Shown piece by piece: positions 30,582 to 41,173 of a stretch of DNA of 64,000 nt (the first letter of the stretch is position 1; each line of letters opens with the position of its first letter). The notes under the pieces were generated by a model, which made no database searches, was not told where the DNA came from, and saw only the letters and a program-made list of their open reading frames with translations. The position numbers were made by a program, and so were the translations under genes. Source of the stretch: Candidatus Bathyarchaeota archaeon (GTDB lineage: Archaea > Thermoproteota > Bathyarchaeia > Bathyarchaeales > Bathycorpusculaceae); the NCBI GenBank assembly GCA_963806535.1, contig CAWDYC010000003.1:416001-480000 (forward strand). Reading direction: 5' to 3'.

Positions 30582-31697
30582 ATGGTTAGTGGAAAAAGAA
30601 TCGCTTCAGACTTCAAAGTCTTCAGTCGAGGCTACTTAAGAAATAAGTTTGGATTATTCTTCGGGTTAATTTTCCCAGTTATTTTGATCTTGATTTTCGG
30701 CGCTATTTTTTCAGGAGGAAGCTCTGGAACAATCAATGTTTATGTGCAAAATCAAGATACTAGTGCTCCGCCTCAAGCAGATATTGCTTCACAATTTCTA
30801 ACAGCGCTCAACAGTTCGACCACAATAAGAGTGATAACAGTAAATGCCACTACTGACTTTTCAAAATATCTAGCCGATCACTCAGTGTCTGACGGCATCA
30901 TTATTCCAGAAAACTTTTCAGCCGATTATTTAGCAGGCCACCAAGTAAATGTAACAGTTTATGGTAATCCATCCTCAGCCTCAAGCGGCATCGTAAGTGG
31001 AACAGTAAATGGATATGCAAACTATTTTAATCTTAATTATTATAAACAAAACGCCACTCCCATTATAGGCATAAAATCAGCAACTGTAAATACCCAACAA
31101 ACTAAATACATTGACTTCTTAATTCCAGGCTTAATCGGTTTTTCAATACTTACCAGCCCAATGTTCTCATTAGTTAACATTTCTTCAGAATACAAAAAAA
31201 CAAAACTCTTCAAACAACTATCGCTTACACCGCTAACAAAGATGGAGTGGCTTACCTCTAAGGTGCTATGGTACATTGTTTTAACAATCGCTGGCTTCCT
31301 ACTAATGGTTGGAGTTGGAGTCTTCGCTTTCGGCGCACACGTTACATTAACAGTTGGGTTAATACCCTTCCTCGTATTGGGTCCAATGCTTTTCGCAGCG
31401 CTCGGTATGCTTGTTGGCACAGTAACAAAAAGCCCTGAAACAGCAGGCGTAATAGGCAACATCGTTACGTTCCCAATGATGTTCCTTTCAGGCACATTCT
31501 TCCCAATCAGCACCATGCCACAATATTTACAGACTACAGCTCACGTACTGCCACTGTTTTATGTGATTGAAGGCTTAAACAACGTCATGGTCTACGGAAA
31601 CATTACTGGAGCATTGATTGACTTTGCAGTCCTCGTTGTTATAACAGCTGTAATCTTTGGGTTGGCAGTTAAACTGTTCAAATGGAGAGAAGATTAA
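30582..31697 (+). CDS. ABC-2 type exporter permease
   Basis: YIDFLIPGLIG, PMMFLSGTFFP; multi-TM. Confidence 0.92.
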   Translation: MVSGKRIASDFKVFSRGYLRNKFGLFFGLIFPVILILIFGAIFSGGSSGTINVYVQNQDTSAPPQADIASQFLTALNSSTTIRVITVNATTDFSKYLADHSVSDGIIIPENFSADYLAGHQVNVTVYGNPSSASSGIVSGTVNGYANYFNLNYYKQNATPIIGIKSATVNTQQTKYIDFLIPGLIGFSILTSPMFSLVNISSEYKKTKLFKQLSLTPLTKMEWLTSKVLWYIVLTIAGFLLMVGVGVFAFGAHVTLTVGLIPFLVLGPMLFAALGMLVGTVTKSPETAGVIGNIVTFPMMFLSGTFFPISTMPQYLQTTAHVLPLFYVIEGLNNVMVYGNITGALIDFAVLVVITAVIFGLAVKLFKWRED

Positions 31698-31723
31698 GCC
31701 ACTCTCTCATTTCTCTTTCAATT

Positions 31724-32324
31724 TTACTTAACGATTTTGAGTAAACTCAAAACTTTCGAGTATAACTCATCAGCCACTATATCCTTTGGTTTATCTCCAT
31801 TGATCAAAATGAGCTCGCCCTTCTCAACAAACTTCATGTAGATTTCTCGCACTTTCTGCTGAGTTTCCAGTGTTTCCATAACAGACTTCTTTCTCTGCAA
31901 ACGTTCCAGCACCCGCTCTGCAGGAACATCGATAAAGATACTGAAGTCTGGCTCCAAAGCGCGAGCATTAATAGTTTTGATCCAATCCAAGCTTAGACCT
32001 GTGCTGCCTTGGTATGCCAAAGACGAATAAATGTAGCGGTCGCAAATTACTATTTTGTCTTCGGCTAAAGCGGGCGCTATCTCATTTTGCATATGTTCAA
32101 TGCGGTCTGCTGCGAATAACAAGGCTTCAGCTTCTGTGGGCAGACGGTTTTTCTTCGTATAAGCAGCCTTCTCGTATGAAAGTTCCGATTTTGCCTTGAC
32201 TTGGTTCGGCCGTACATAGAACTTTGTGGTTTTTTGAAAGTTTTTTTGCAAGAATGCTTGCTTGGGTGGTTTTTCCGCTTCCGTCTAAGCCTTCGATAAC
32301 TATGAAAACGCCTTTCTCAGTCAA
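31724..32324 (-). CDS. tmk: Thymidylate kinase; +1 frameshift near 32148
   Basis: [12 protein letters not shown] in 32127-32324; [20 protein letters not shown] in 31724-32251. Confidence 0.92.
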
Positions 32325-32402
32325 ATTTTTTCAACTCGTCAGGTTAGCGTTAGACATTATAGGGAGGTACATAAATATAACTTACAACTGCGAGGCTTGC
32401 TT

Positions 32403-33683
32403 GTGCCAAAGGCTTACTGGGGAGAAATAAAAGATCCTGTACACGGATACGTGTACATTACTGAAGCAGAAAAAAACATCATTGACTCTTATCCAATGCA
32501 ACGGCTGAGGCGACTGAGGCAACTTGCGGGTTCAGAATATGTTTATCCAGGAGCAAATCACACACGCTTTGAACACTGCGTCGGCGTCATGTATTTGGCA
32601 GGCAAAGTTTTGGAGAACCCATACATTTCACGCGCCGTAAGCGATGACGAAGTTGATGTATGCAGAATTTCAGCTCTACTTCACGATTGCGGACATGGAC
32701 CTTTCTCGCATGTTTTTGAGCAATTACTGATAAAAGATTTAGAAAAAACTCATGAAGATATTACTTCATGGATTGTCGAGAAAAGCGAAGTTAGCGATAA
32801 ACTATCTAAAATGGGGTTTATCCCTAAGGAAGTTGGTGAACTTGCCGTTGGAAAACTGCATAAACCAGGCAAAGCATTTCTTGACCAAATTATAAGCAGC
32901 GCCGTAGACGTTGATAAACAAGATTTCATTGTTCGAGATACCTACCATACTGGCGCCGAATACGGATTCATCGATGTTTTCCGCCTTATACATGCGCTTG
33001 ATGTTTTAGGCGAAAATTTAGCTGTAGAACTAGGCGCCTTATCTGCGCTTGAAGCGTTCATGATTGCCAGAATTGAATCGTTCAAGAGCATCTATTTTCA
33101 TCGAGTTGGCAGAGCCGCACAGATTATGCTTGCAACTGCTATGGAAAGGGCAAATAGTGAGTTAGGATTAACGGCTTTTAAGACACCTGAAGAATATTTG
33201 GAGCTTGATGACTACACAGTTTGGTCAGCCCTCAAAAAGTGTAAGGCATCAAAAGAAATAATTGCCAACTTGGAAAGTCGCAGAATGCTAAAATGTGCTT
33301 ATGAACGAACTTTCTACGAAAAAGATACAATGATATCCAACATTTTTGGTCGAGAATCATATAGGCGTCAAATGCAAAGTGAAATCGCCAAAGAAGCAGG
33401 CGTCGGTATCGAATCAGTGATAATTGACGTGCCAACTGTGCCATCTGTGCCTTATCATCATGCGGTGCTAATGGAATCTATGGAAATTCCAGTTTTCACA
33501 AGAAGCCAAGCGGGAGAAAAAACTCCTCAGCGGCTTAGCGAGATTTCAAAGATTTTTGAAACACTCAAAGGATTCATGAACATACTTCGTGTATACACTG
33601 AAGCAGCAGACCGCGAGAAAGTAGAGAAAGCAACTGCGAAAATTTTAGGTAAGATTCCTTCCGCCGCGAAAATATCGTTTTAA
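32403..33683 (+). CDS. HD-domain phosphohydrolase (SAMHD1/YwfO-like)
   Basis: IKDPVHG, QRLRRLRQL, HTRFEH, LLHDCGHGPFSH, DVDKQDF..RD. Confidence 0.9.
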   Translation: MPKAYWGEIKDPVHGYVYITEAEKNIIDSYPMQRLRRLRQLAGSEYVYPGANHTRFEHCVGVMYLAGKVLENPYISRAVSDDEVDVCRISALLHDCGHGPFSHVFEQLLIKDLEKTHEDITSWIVEKSEVSDKLSKMGFIPKEVGELAVGKLHKPGKAFLDQIISSAVDVDKQDFIVRDTYHTGAEYGFIDVFRLIHALDVLGENLAVELGALSALEAFMIARIESFKSIYFHRVGRAAQIMLATAMERANSELGLTAFKTPEEYLELDDYTVWSALKKCKASKEIIANLESRRMLKCAYERTFYEKDTMISNIFGRESYRRQMQSEIAKEAGVGIESVIIDVPTVPSVPYHHAVLMESMEIPVFTRSQAGEKTPQRLSEISKIFETLKGFMNILRVYTEAADREKVEKATAKILGKIPSAAKISF

Positions 33684-33759
33684 TACTTTTTTCTTAAATA
33701 CTAGTCACGCTTAAGAACAAAAGTAGAAGTGCCCAAAAGTCTGCGGAGGAAAAATACTT

Positions 33760-34275
33760 ATGGATAATAACTCAGAAGACAAGAAAATCATAAGTGTTAG
33801 GATCAAAAAGAAGCCTGAATCCAGACCAGAGCCAACCATACTTTTCAGCCAAGTTGATATACGAAAATTCGTTTCCGAATTTGTTGCTTCATGGATAAGA
33901 GGAGATCTCATAATTCGTTTTCCAACCGCCGCTGAACTAGCTAAAAAAACTCCGCTAAGCATTGCTTTTCCGACTGATCCATCGGTCAATGCTGAATTGA
34001 AAATTAAAGAACATTATGTAGACTTGTTATCAGTTATCGCCGGGATAAAACCTGCGTCTTTAGATGAGCAAGAAAAAGCTATTTCTGAAGTTTTCAAAAT
34101 GTTAATGATGTTTCGATCAGCAAACAGAATTGAAGGAAAAATCTTCTCGAATGATCTGGAAAAAAGAATCAACGAATTAGAAAAAACCGTTGCAAATCAA
34201 AGCAAAATAGTAGATCAGATAACTGGATTTTTGTTTAAGCCAAAAACCCCAACTAAAAAAGCCCAAGTTAGCTAA
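33760..34275 (+). CDS. Hypothetical protein with C-terminal coiled coil
   Basis: 171-aa ORF with GGAGG upstream; no family recognised. Confidence 0.65.
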   Translation: MDNNSEDKKIISVRIKKKPESRPEPTILFSQVDIRKFVSEFVASWIRGDLIIRFPTAAELAKKTPLSIAFPTDPSVNAELKIKEHYVDLLSVIAGIKPASLDEQEKAISEVFKMLMMFRSANRIEGKIFSNDLEKRINELEKTVANQSKIVDQITGFLFKPKTPTKKAQVS

Positions 34276-34344
34276 AAGCTAATTCTTGAAGGGTAAGGTT
34301 TATTCGAAGGAAGAAGCATTCTGCTTGATGCTTTTAGGAAAAGC

Positions 34345-34422
34345 GCTCCGGTAGTATAGTCCGGTCAAGTATGCCGGCCTTTCGAGTCGGCGACCCGGGT
34401 CCAAATCCCGGCCGGAGCACCA
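34345..34422 (+). tRNA. tRNA-Glu(TTC), CCA encoded
   Basis: GCTCCGG/CCGGAGC acceptor, anticodon loop CT-TTC-GA. Confidence 0.93.
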
Positions 34423-34424
34423 AC

Positions 34425-34682
34425 TTATTCTACTCTATGAGGTCCAGTATGGGTTTTTTCTGGGGCACCATGAACATTTTCCATGTGCCTATCGAGTTCA
34501 GAATGAGTTTTGAAAGCTTTTCCGCATATTTTGCAGATTTCTTTTTCTGAACTTAGCCCTTCTATGGGTTCCTCATGAAGTGGTGGAGCTTTGGGAAGAT
34601 TATAACGTATTTTTGTTTGTTTAACACCAAATGATTTATTCATAAAACAGCACTTCAACATAATTAGTGCCGTCGGCTTCAC
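34425..34682 (-). CDS. Small C2H2 zinc-finger protein (true start uncertain, probably shorter)
   Basis: CKICGKAFKTHSELDRHMENVH. Confidence 0.65.
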   Translation of the reverse strand: MKPTALIMLKCCFMNKSFGVKQTKIRYNLPKAPPLHEEPIEGLSSEKEICKICGKAFKTHSELDRHMENVHGAPEKTHTGPHRVE

Positions 34683-34689
34683 TTATAGT

Positions 34690-35295
34690 TTAGGTTCGAA
34701 TTATTGAGTTTTTTGTTTTCCCAAGTATAAGCATCATAGATTTGACCCAGTAATCATGAACTTCCTTGTTTGGGTAGCCAATGAGAAGTTTCGCCAATGT
34801 TCCCATATACAATGCTGTAAAAAGCTCAGCCAACACGCGGGCGTCAACATCTGTCCGCATTACGCCCTGCTTCTTTTTTTCCTCGATAAAACCTTCAACC
34901 GCTCCAATATCTTTTTGGTAATCTTCAAAAACTATTTTTCGAATTTTCGCATCATGGGAAGCGAGGGCTACAATTTCAAATTGCGTGTGCAGATTGCCCT
35001 TGTACTTTTCTGTTATCATCGTGTAAACTTTTTCCAGCGCTTCTTCTAGATTGTTACATGTGCCTGTTTCGCTAAGTATCGTTCTTAGTGTTTGGTGACC
35101 TTGAAGGCTGATTTCTTTGAGGAGATCTTCTTTACTTTTAAAATATGAGTAGAGGGCGCCTTTGCTTACGCCGATTTCTTTGGCGACGTCATCCATTGTG
35201 GCATCGTGATAGCCTTTTTGGGCGAAAACTAGCCGGGCAGCTTCAACAATTTTGGATTTGGCTGCTTCTTTGTATTCTGGAACTACTTTGGGCAT
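34690..35295 (-). CDS. TetR/AcrR family regulator
   Basis: FAQKGYHDATMDDVAKEIGVSKGALYSYFKSKEDL. Confidence 0.95.
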   Translation of the reverse strand: MPKVVPEYKEAAKSKIVEAARLVFAQKGYHDATMDDVAKEIGVSKGALYSYFKSKEDLLKEISLQGHQTLRTILSETGTCNNLEEALEKVYTMITEKYKGNLHTQFEIVALASHDAKIRKIVFEDYQKDIGAVEGFIEEKKKQGVMRTDVDARVLAELFTALYMGTLAKLLIGYPNKEVHDYWVKSMMLILGKTKNSIIRT

Positions 35296-35361
35296 TTCTA
35301 CCGCGTAATATTGATATGTTTTACTTTAAAACTGTTGCTATTGGCGACGATAAGTATATTA

Positions 35362-35378
35362 ATTGACTGATAGTCGGT
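35362..35378. promoter_or_regulatory. Putative TetR operator ATTGACT-GAT-AGTCGGT
   Basis: Imperfect palindrome between divergent tetR and MFS genes, just downstream of an AT-rich TATA-like box. Confidence 0.45.
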
Positions 35379-35403
35379 ATTTTATTAAAAAAAGTGAGTC
35401 AAC

Positions 35404-36876
35404 ATGAACCCAAACAACCCATCTAATCCTAACTCAAATGGTTCAAAAAGTAGATTCGGCTCAAGTTACGGAACAAAGGTCCTTTTAACAGTAACCGCAG
35501 TCTCACTGCTACTGAACTATGTAGAAACAATGGTCATACCAGGCATATATGACATCCAAAAAGATCTATCAACAACAGCAACAATCGCTTCATGGATCAC
35601 ATCCGCCTTCCTAATTGTAGGAGCTGCCGTCTCACCGCTTTTCGGAAAACTCGGCGACATATACGGCAAGAAAAAAATCTTCCTCACAGTTCTACTCTTC
35701 TATATTGCAGGAGTAGGATTAGCAGGATTCGCAACAAACATATACATGCTGATAGCTTCAAGAGCCATACAAGGCATCGGCTTTGCCATAGTTCCTTTAG
35801 GATTAGCTATAATCACTGACGTTTTCCCCAAAGAGAAAGTAGCCACAGCACAGGGCATAATCAGCGGAACCTTCGCCATCGGCGCCGCCGCAGGCCTAAT
35901 AATAGGCGCATACATAGTACAGGACTTAAGTTGGCAATGGGCCTTCCACTCTGCTTTCATCTTAAGCATCGTTTTGTTCTTCATAGCGCTGGTAGCTCTC
36001 AAAAAAGATGTGCCCGGCGAGAAAGGCAAAGTAGACATCGTTGGTACAAGCATGCTGATGTCAGGTATAGTCCTTGTACTGCTATATCTAACTGAAGCGC
36101 CCACTTTAGGTTGGCTATCGCTTGAAAACATCGCACTTCTAATCCCAGGCATCATCTTAACCGTCGGATTCTTTGCCTTCGAAAACAAACAAACAAGCCC
36201 GCTCATTCAATTAAGCCTGCTAAAAATCAGAAACGTACTTGTCGCAAACCTGGTTGGCATACTTTCCAGCATGTCCATGTTCCTACTCTTCTTCGCAGTA
36301 ATCTACTACGCTCAATATCCCTCAGCCATTGGTCCATATGGACTTGGGTTAAGTGTTATCAATACAGGATTGACACTTGCACCTGCCACACTGGTAATGC
36401 TTATTGTTGGACCATTGATGGGCAGACTTGTAACCAGAATAGGACCAAAACCAATAATCACGCTAGGAGCATCAATCAGCATTATAGGTTTGCTTCTATT
36501 TACCTTCTTCAGAGGCACCACAACGGAGCTAACTATAGACGTAGCCGTCGCATTGGTAGGAGTAGTGTCGCTGATTATTCCAATTGTAAACATGATTTCA
36601 GTGTCTGTACCTAAAGAAAGCACTGCAGTAGGCTTAGGAATGAACACGATGCTAAGAAACCTAGGAGGAGCCATTGGCCCAGTTCTCGCCACAACTATAA
36701 TTACCACCTACTCCGACAAATTGGGACCGCCAATACTGCCAACCGTCATGACTTTCGGAAACAAAACAGCCTTCAACATAATTTTTGCCATAGGCATTGT
36801 CTTAATGATAATCATAATTGCTCTAAGCTTAACCATCAAAAACTACACATTCCATAAAACAAAAATGAAAACATAA
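35404..36876 (+). CDS. MFS drug:H+ antiporter (DHA2-type, ~14 TM)
   Basis: GKLGDIYGKKK motif A, RAIQGIG, WQWAF, RNLGGAIG. Confidence 0.9.
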   Translation: MNPNNPSNPNSNGSKSRFGSSYGTKVLLTVTAVSLLLNYVETMVIPGIYDIQKDLSTTATIASWITSAFLIVGAAVSPLFGKLGDIYGKKKIFLTVLLFYIAGVGLAGFATNIYMLIASRAIQGIGFAIVPLGLAIITDVFPKEKVATAQGIISGTFAIGAAAGLIIGAYIVQDLSWQWAFHSAFILSIVLFFIALVALKKDVPGEKGKVDIVGTSMLMSGIVLVLLYLTEAPTLGWLSLENIALLIPGIILTVGFFAFENKQTSPLIQLSLLKIRNVLVANLVGILSSMSMFLLFFAVIYYAQYPSAIGPYGLGLSVINTGLTLAPATLVMLIVGPLMGRLVTRIGPKPIITLGASISIIGLLLFTFFRGTTTELTIDVAVALVGVVSLIIPIVNMISVSVPKESTAVGLGMNTMLRNLGGAIGPVLATTIITTYSDKLGPPILPTVMTFGNKTAFNIIFAIGIVLMIIIIALSLTIKNYTFHKTKMKT

Positions 36877-37117
36877 GCCGTGCAAGCATCAGTAAAGCAA
36901 CGTTTACTTTCTTTATTTTTTCTTTCTAATAAATTCAAGACGAAGGTCAGGGGGAGAGGGTCTACTTTTTGATAGTGAAAGATCTTAACAAAAAGAGAAG
37001 AAGCAAGAAGGTCACTTTAGAAGGCTGAATTTAGGTTCAAAATTGGTTCGGTAAATAAGGTGCTGATGATTATTTTCGCAAGTGTTGTTTGGTATAAAAT
37101 AAAAAAAGAAAAGGTGG

Positions 37118-37603
37118 TTAAGTTGGCAATGGTTTTCCGCAGTTAGGGCAGAAAGCAGTGTTTGGTTGAACCGGTGCACCGCAGTTTGGACAATATCGTG
37201 TTGCCTGCATAGTTGGCATCGAGGGGGGTGAAGGCGGAGTATAAGTTGGGGCTGCTGCAGTCTGCGGTGGTTGCCAAGATATGGCTAAGATTCCTCCGAT
37301 GATGCCCAGTAAAAAGCCAATTAAGAGACCGCCAACTGCGCCGACCCAACTGATTAGCGAGAAAACCAAGATAATTACTCCCCAAGTTACATGTTGCTCA
37401 GGGTGAGCGCGAAGGTTGTTGGCGCCTACTATGATGATTATACCCCATATGAGTCCAAAGATGCCTATGATTGCTCCAACGCCGAACGCAAAGAAAGTGA
37501 AGATAGCGCCTATCGCTGCTACGATTAAACCGCCTAAAAGAACAAATATTCCTGCTATAAGCGATAATGTGAAAGCTGCAGTAGGATATGATTCTCGGGA
37601 CAT
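37118..37603 (-). CDS. Membrane protein with C-terminal zinc ribbon
   Basis: PTAAFTLSLIAG, GFLLGIIGGILA, Pro-rich linker, YCPNCG..FCPNCG. Confidence 0.8.
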   Translation of the reverse strand: MSRESYPTAAFTLSLIAGIFVLLGGLIVAAIGAIFTFFAFGVGAIIGIFGLIWGIIIIVGANNLRAHPEQHVTWGVIILVFSLISWVGAVGGLLIGFLLGIIGGILAISWQPPQTAAAPTYTPPSPPSMPTMQATRYCPNCGAPVQPNTAFCPNCGKPLPT

Positions 37604-37753
37604 AAACTCGTGTTGTACGCAACCACTATTTAACGCTTGTTACCTCAAGCTACGGGTGGTTATCTGCAATAGAGGAATCGTTATTACTATGTAGAATTTA
37701 CTCTGTTTTTGCGGATACCCTAAAAGCTGATTGAGGTAACAAGAAGAATCAGA

Positions 37754-39295
37754 GTGAAACATTTGAGCGGAAACATAAATCAAGTTTACAGAGAACTTTT
37801 GGAAAAAACTAAAGATGCCATAGTGTTTGGAACGGCTGCGGGTATAATTCATTGGGATATGGAGACAATGATGCCTCCAGGAGCTGTGGAGCAACGAAGC
37901 GAGCAACTCGCCTTAATGAGCCGTATTCACCATAAATTCGCTACTGACCCAGAAATAGAAAAACTCTTAAACACAATTCAAGCAAGCCCAGAATACGAGA
38001 CGATAGGTCAAGTTGAAAAACGCAACCTTTACCTTATCAGAAAAAGTTACCTAGAACAAACCAGTTTACCAGAAAAACTTGTTGCTGACTTGGCCAAACA
38101 AGAAGCTTTGACCGTGAATGTTTGGAAAAAAGCCAAGGCTCAAAAAAACTTCAACCTATTCAAACCGGACTTAGAAAAACTTTTAGACTTAAACAAACAA
38201 GCAGCAGAAATTCTAATGAAAGTAAAAGAAACAAAAACAACTTACGAAGCACTGATTGATAATTTTGAGCCTAAAATGACTGCTACTCAAATAACAGCTA
38301 CCTTTACTCAACTTCAGCAGGGCTTAAGAAAGCTGATAAGCAGAATTCAAGCCAGCCCAACCAAGCCAGATACAACGATGCTTTGCCAGTCGGTTAAAGA
38401 AGAAAACCAGCGCAAGATAACACAATTCATAACACAAACGCTGGGATACGACACTTCTTCTTTAGAAGCTCGTGGAAGAGTTGATGAAACAGAACATCCC
38501 TTCACCACTGGCTACTACGACGATGTCCGCATAACCACGCATTATCATCTAAACAATTATGCAAGCTCAATTTTTTCTGTACTGCATGAGACAGGACACG
38601 CCATCTATGAACAGAATTTGGAACCAAAATGGAAATATCAACCAGTAGGGTCAACATGCTCTTACGGAATTCATGAGTCGCAATCCCGTTTTTATGAAAA
38701 TGTAATAGGCCGCTCAGAAGAATTCTGGACATATTTTATGCCAAAAATAAAGGAAAAGGCTTCAGAACTCGCATCCGTTGAATTGGACAAGTTTCTTCAA
38801 GCTATTAATAAGGTAGAGCAATCAAAAATCCGCACTGAAGCTGACGAAGTCACTTACAATTTGCACATAATTATCCGATTTGAAATTGAAAGAGACCTCT
38901 TCGCCGACAAAATAAAGGTAAACGAGCTACCTCAGATTTGGAATGAAAAATACGAAGATTATCTCGGAGTTAAGGTTGAAAATGACTCTGAAGGAGTAAT
39001 GCAGGATACACATTGGGCAAGCGGATTATACGGTTACTTCCCAAGCTACGCGCTTGGCAACATTTACAGCGGACAAATAACCGATGCCATCTCTAAAAAC
39101 TGCTCATATTGGCGCAAACAGCTTGCAGAAGGAAAACTACAGCACGTTAATGATTGGCTAAAAACAAATATTCACAGCCAAGGCAACCTCTTTGATCCAG
39201 AAGAACTTATACGGAGAGCAACTGGAAGAACACTTGACACTCAACCATATCTAAAATACCTAAATGAAAAATATGGTAAGCTTTATAAATTTTGA
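37754..39295 (+). CDS. Carboxypeptidase, M32 (Taq) family
   Basis: WDMETMMP, EHPFT, DVRITT, HETGH, HESQS, IRTEAD, QDTHW..GYFPSY. Confidence 0.95.
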   Translation: MKHLSGNINQVYRELLEKTKDAIVFGTAAGIIHWDMETMMPPGAVEQRSEQLALMSRIHHKFATDPEIEKLLNTIQASPEYETIGQVEKRNLYLIRKSYLEQTSLPEKLVADLAKQEALTVNVWKKAKAQKNFNLFKPDLEKLLDLNKQAAEILMKVKETKTTYEALIDNFEPKMTATQITATFTQLQQGLRKLISRIQASPTKPDTTMLCQSVKEENQRKITQFITQTLGYDTSSLEARGRVDETEHPFTTGYYDDVRITTHYHLNNYASSIFSVLHETGHAIYEQNLEPKWKYQPVGSTCSYGIHESQSRFYENVIGRSEEFWTYFMPKIKEKASELASVELDKFLQAINKVEQSKIRTEADEVTYNLHIIIRFEIERDLFADKIKVNELPQIWNEKYEDYLGVKVENDSEGVMQDTHWASGLYGYFPSYALGNIYSGQITDAISKNCSYWRKQLAEGKLQHVNDWLKTNIHSQGNLFDPEELIRRATGRTLDTQPYLKYLNEKYGKLYKF

Positions 39296-39474
39296 ATTGG
39301 CGATTTCTTAGTCAATTCTTTGAACACATATATAATAAGGTAAGCCGCAATTGCGCCGATGAAAAGGGAAATGCCTGAGTAACCGACAACTGCATTGTAA
39401 ACATTAGCGCCAACTAGGAATAGCAAAAAGCCTAATAGAAATACGCCTAAACACGCCCAATCAGTCCACGACAT
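39283..39474 (-). CDS. Small 2-TM membrane protein
   Basis: 63 aa, two hydrophobic helices, GAGG upstream. Confidence 0.6.
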   Translation of the reverse strand: MSWTDWACLGVFLLGFLLFLVGANVYNAVVGYSGISLFIGAIAAYLIIYVFKELTKKSPIQNL

Positions 39475-39681
39475 AGGATGACCTCATATCACGAATTCAA
39501 TAAAACCCAAGATATATTAGACTTACCTTCAACCCCTCCAAAAAACAATTGCCAGCGCAAAAATGGAAAAGTGAAACTTTTGGGTAGAAAGTAATAATAT
39601 GGCGAACATCTTTAATATTTTTTGATGCATCCGACATTTTTATATATAAGATAAACTAAGAGAGCGCTGAGGCTAAAACAA

Positions 39682-41121
39682 ATGTCGGGATCAGAGGTTA
39701 AAAAGCCAGAAACAAGAGAAGAATTTATCAAAATACTCACGGAAGCAGCAAAAAAAGAATCAGGTATAAAATATAAGCCATCAAAACCGACAGTCATTGG
39801 AACAGCAAAAGAAATGGAAATTCACAGAGATACACTTTATAGTTGGCTAAAAGAGTTTAATGTCGATTTCAAAGAGATCGTTGATCGCATGCCGACAATC
39901 GCTGACGATATTGAGGAAGATTCAGGACCTACTTACTTAATTGGAGAATCACTGTTAGGGGAAGGAAACGAAGTTGCACACATTGACCTGATGATAGGCG
40001 ATAAAAATGGACCTATAGGACAAGCATTCGCTAATGGCATGTCACAATTATCAGCTGGTCACACACCGGTTCTTGCAGTAATCAGACCTAACCTGCCGCC
40101 AAAACCACATACACTAATTGTGCCAAAAGTCACTATCAAAAACATGGAAGATACAGGCAAAATTTTCGGTCCAGCACAGGCAGCAGTAGCAAAAGCCATC
40201 GCTGACTCAGCTGAAGAAGGAGTTATCCCAGTAAACAAGCTAGATAGCTGGGTTATCATTTGCAGTGTCTTCATTCATCCAAAAGCTACTGATTTCCGCA
40301 AAATATACCAATACAATTATGGGGCAACAAAAATGGCTCTAAAACGCGCACTAAAGCAGTATCCAACACTTGAAAAGATAATCTACGAGAAAGACCGCTC
40401 AAAGCATCCTATCATGGGATTCAAAGTGCCACGTCTATGGAGACCGCCATACCTCCAAATTGCACTTGACGCTCCCTCACTTGAAGGAGCAAAGAAGGTT
40501 ATTGAACAACTTCCAGGAAGCGACAGAATCATTCTTGAAGTCGGCACACCACTCATTAAACGCTACGGTACAAGAGGCATCAACGAACTACGCCAAATAG
40601 CCAGAGACAAATTCATTATAGCAGACCTGAAGACACTTGACGTTGGAAAAGTCGAAGTAGACATTGCATATGAGGACACCGCAGACGCAGTTGTTGCAGC
40701 AGGTCTAGCGCCACCAGAAACATTAGATGCAACAGTTTCAGAAGCCAGACGCCTAGGAATATATGCTGTCATCGACATGCTAAACGTGGAAGACGTCCTT
40801 GCAAAACTCAAATCTCTCAAAGACTTTCCGGACATTGTCATATTGCACAGAGGCATAGACCAGGAAAGCGGCAGAAGCTGCGGATTAGAACGAATACAGA
40901 TAATTCGCAAAGCTTTCCCAAACAAAAAGTTCCTTATCGCAGTCGCCGGAGGAATAGTTCCAGAAACAGCAAAAGAAGCTTTAGAACAAGGCGCAGACAT
41001 ACTCATAGTCGGCAGATACGTTACTCAATCAAAAGACATTGAACGTTCAGTTAGAGACTTCCTTGAACTGACACCAAGCATGCGAGAAGACGTAGACTTA
41101 TACAGAGTGCATACAGAATAA
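39682..41121 (+). CDS. fae-hps: Bifunctional formaldehyde-activating enzyme / 3-hexulose-6-phosphate synthase with extra N-terminal HTH-like region
   Basis: Fae: IGESLLGEGNEVAHIDL..GHTPVLAVIRPN..FGPAQAAVA; Hps: YLQIALD..EVGTPLIK..ADLKTLD..HRGID..VAGGI. Confidence 0.92.
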   Translation: MSGSEVKKPETREEFIKILTEAAKKESGIKYKPSKPTVIGTAKEMEIHRDTLYSWLKEFNVDFKEIVDRMPTIADDIEEDSGPTYLIGESLLGEGNEVAHIDLMIGDKNGPIGQAFANGMSQLSAGHTPVLAVIRPNLPPKPHTLIVPKVTIKNMEDTGKIFGPAQAAVAKAIADSAEEGVIPVNKLDSWVIICSVFIHPKATDFRKIYQYNYGATKMALKRALKQYPTLEKIIYEKDRSKHPIMGFKVPRLWRPPYLQIALDAPSLEGAKKVIEQLPGSDRIILEVGTPLIKRYGTRGINELRQIARDKFIIADLKTLDVGKVEVDIAYEDTADAVVAAGLAPPETLDATVSEARRLGIYAVIDMLNVEDVLAKLKSLKDFPDIVILHRGIDQESGRSCGLERIQIIRKAFPNKKFLIAVAGGIVPETAKEALEQGADILIVGRYVTQSKDIERSVRDFLELTPSMREDVDLYRVHTE

Positions 41122-41173
41122 AATTTGAAACCGAGTCAAAAGCTCGCTTAATCTTCTTTTTCTTTTTTAGTTT

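Noticed and set aside
32127-32251. Programmed ribosomal frameshifting in tmk, trpB2 and others
   Set aside because: No shared slippery sequence or stimulatory structure; the uniform +1 pattern fits sequencing error
33760-37603. Island integrated at tRNA-Glu
   Set aside because: No duplicated tRNA-Glu 3' end or integrase found by eye
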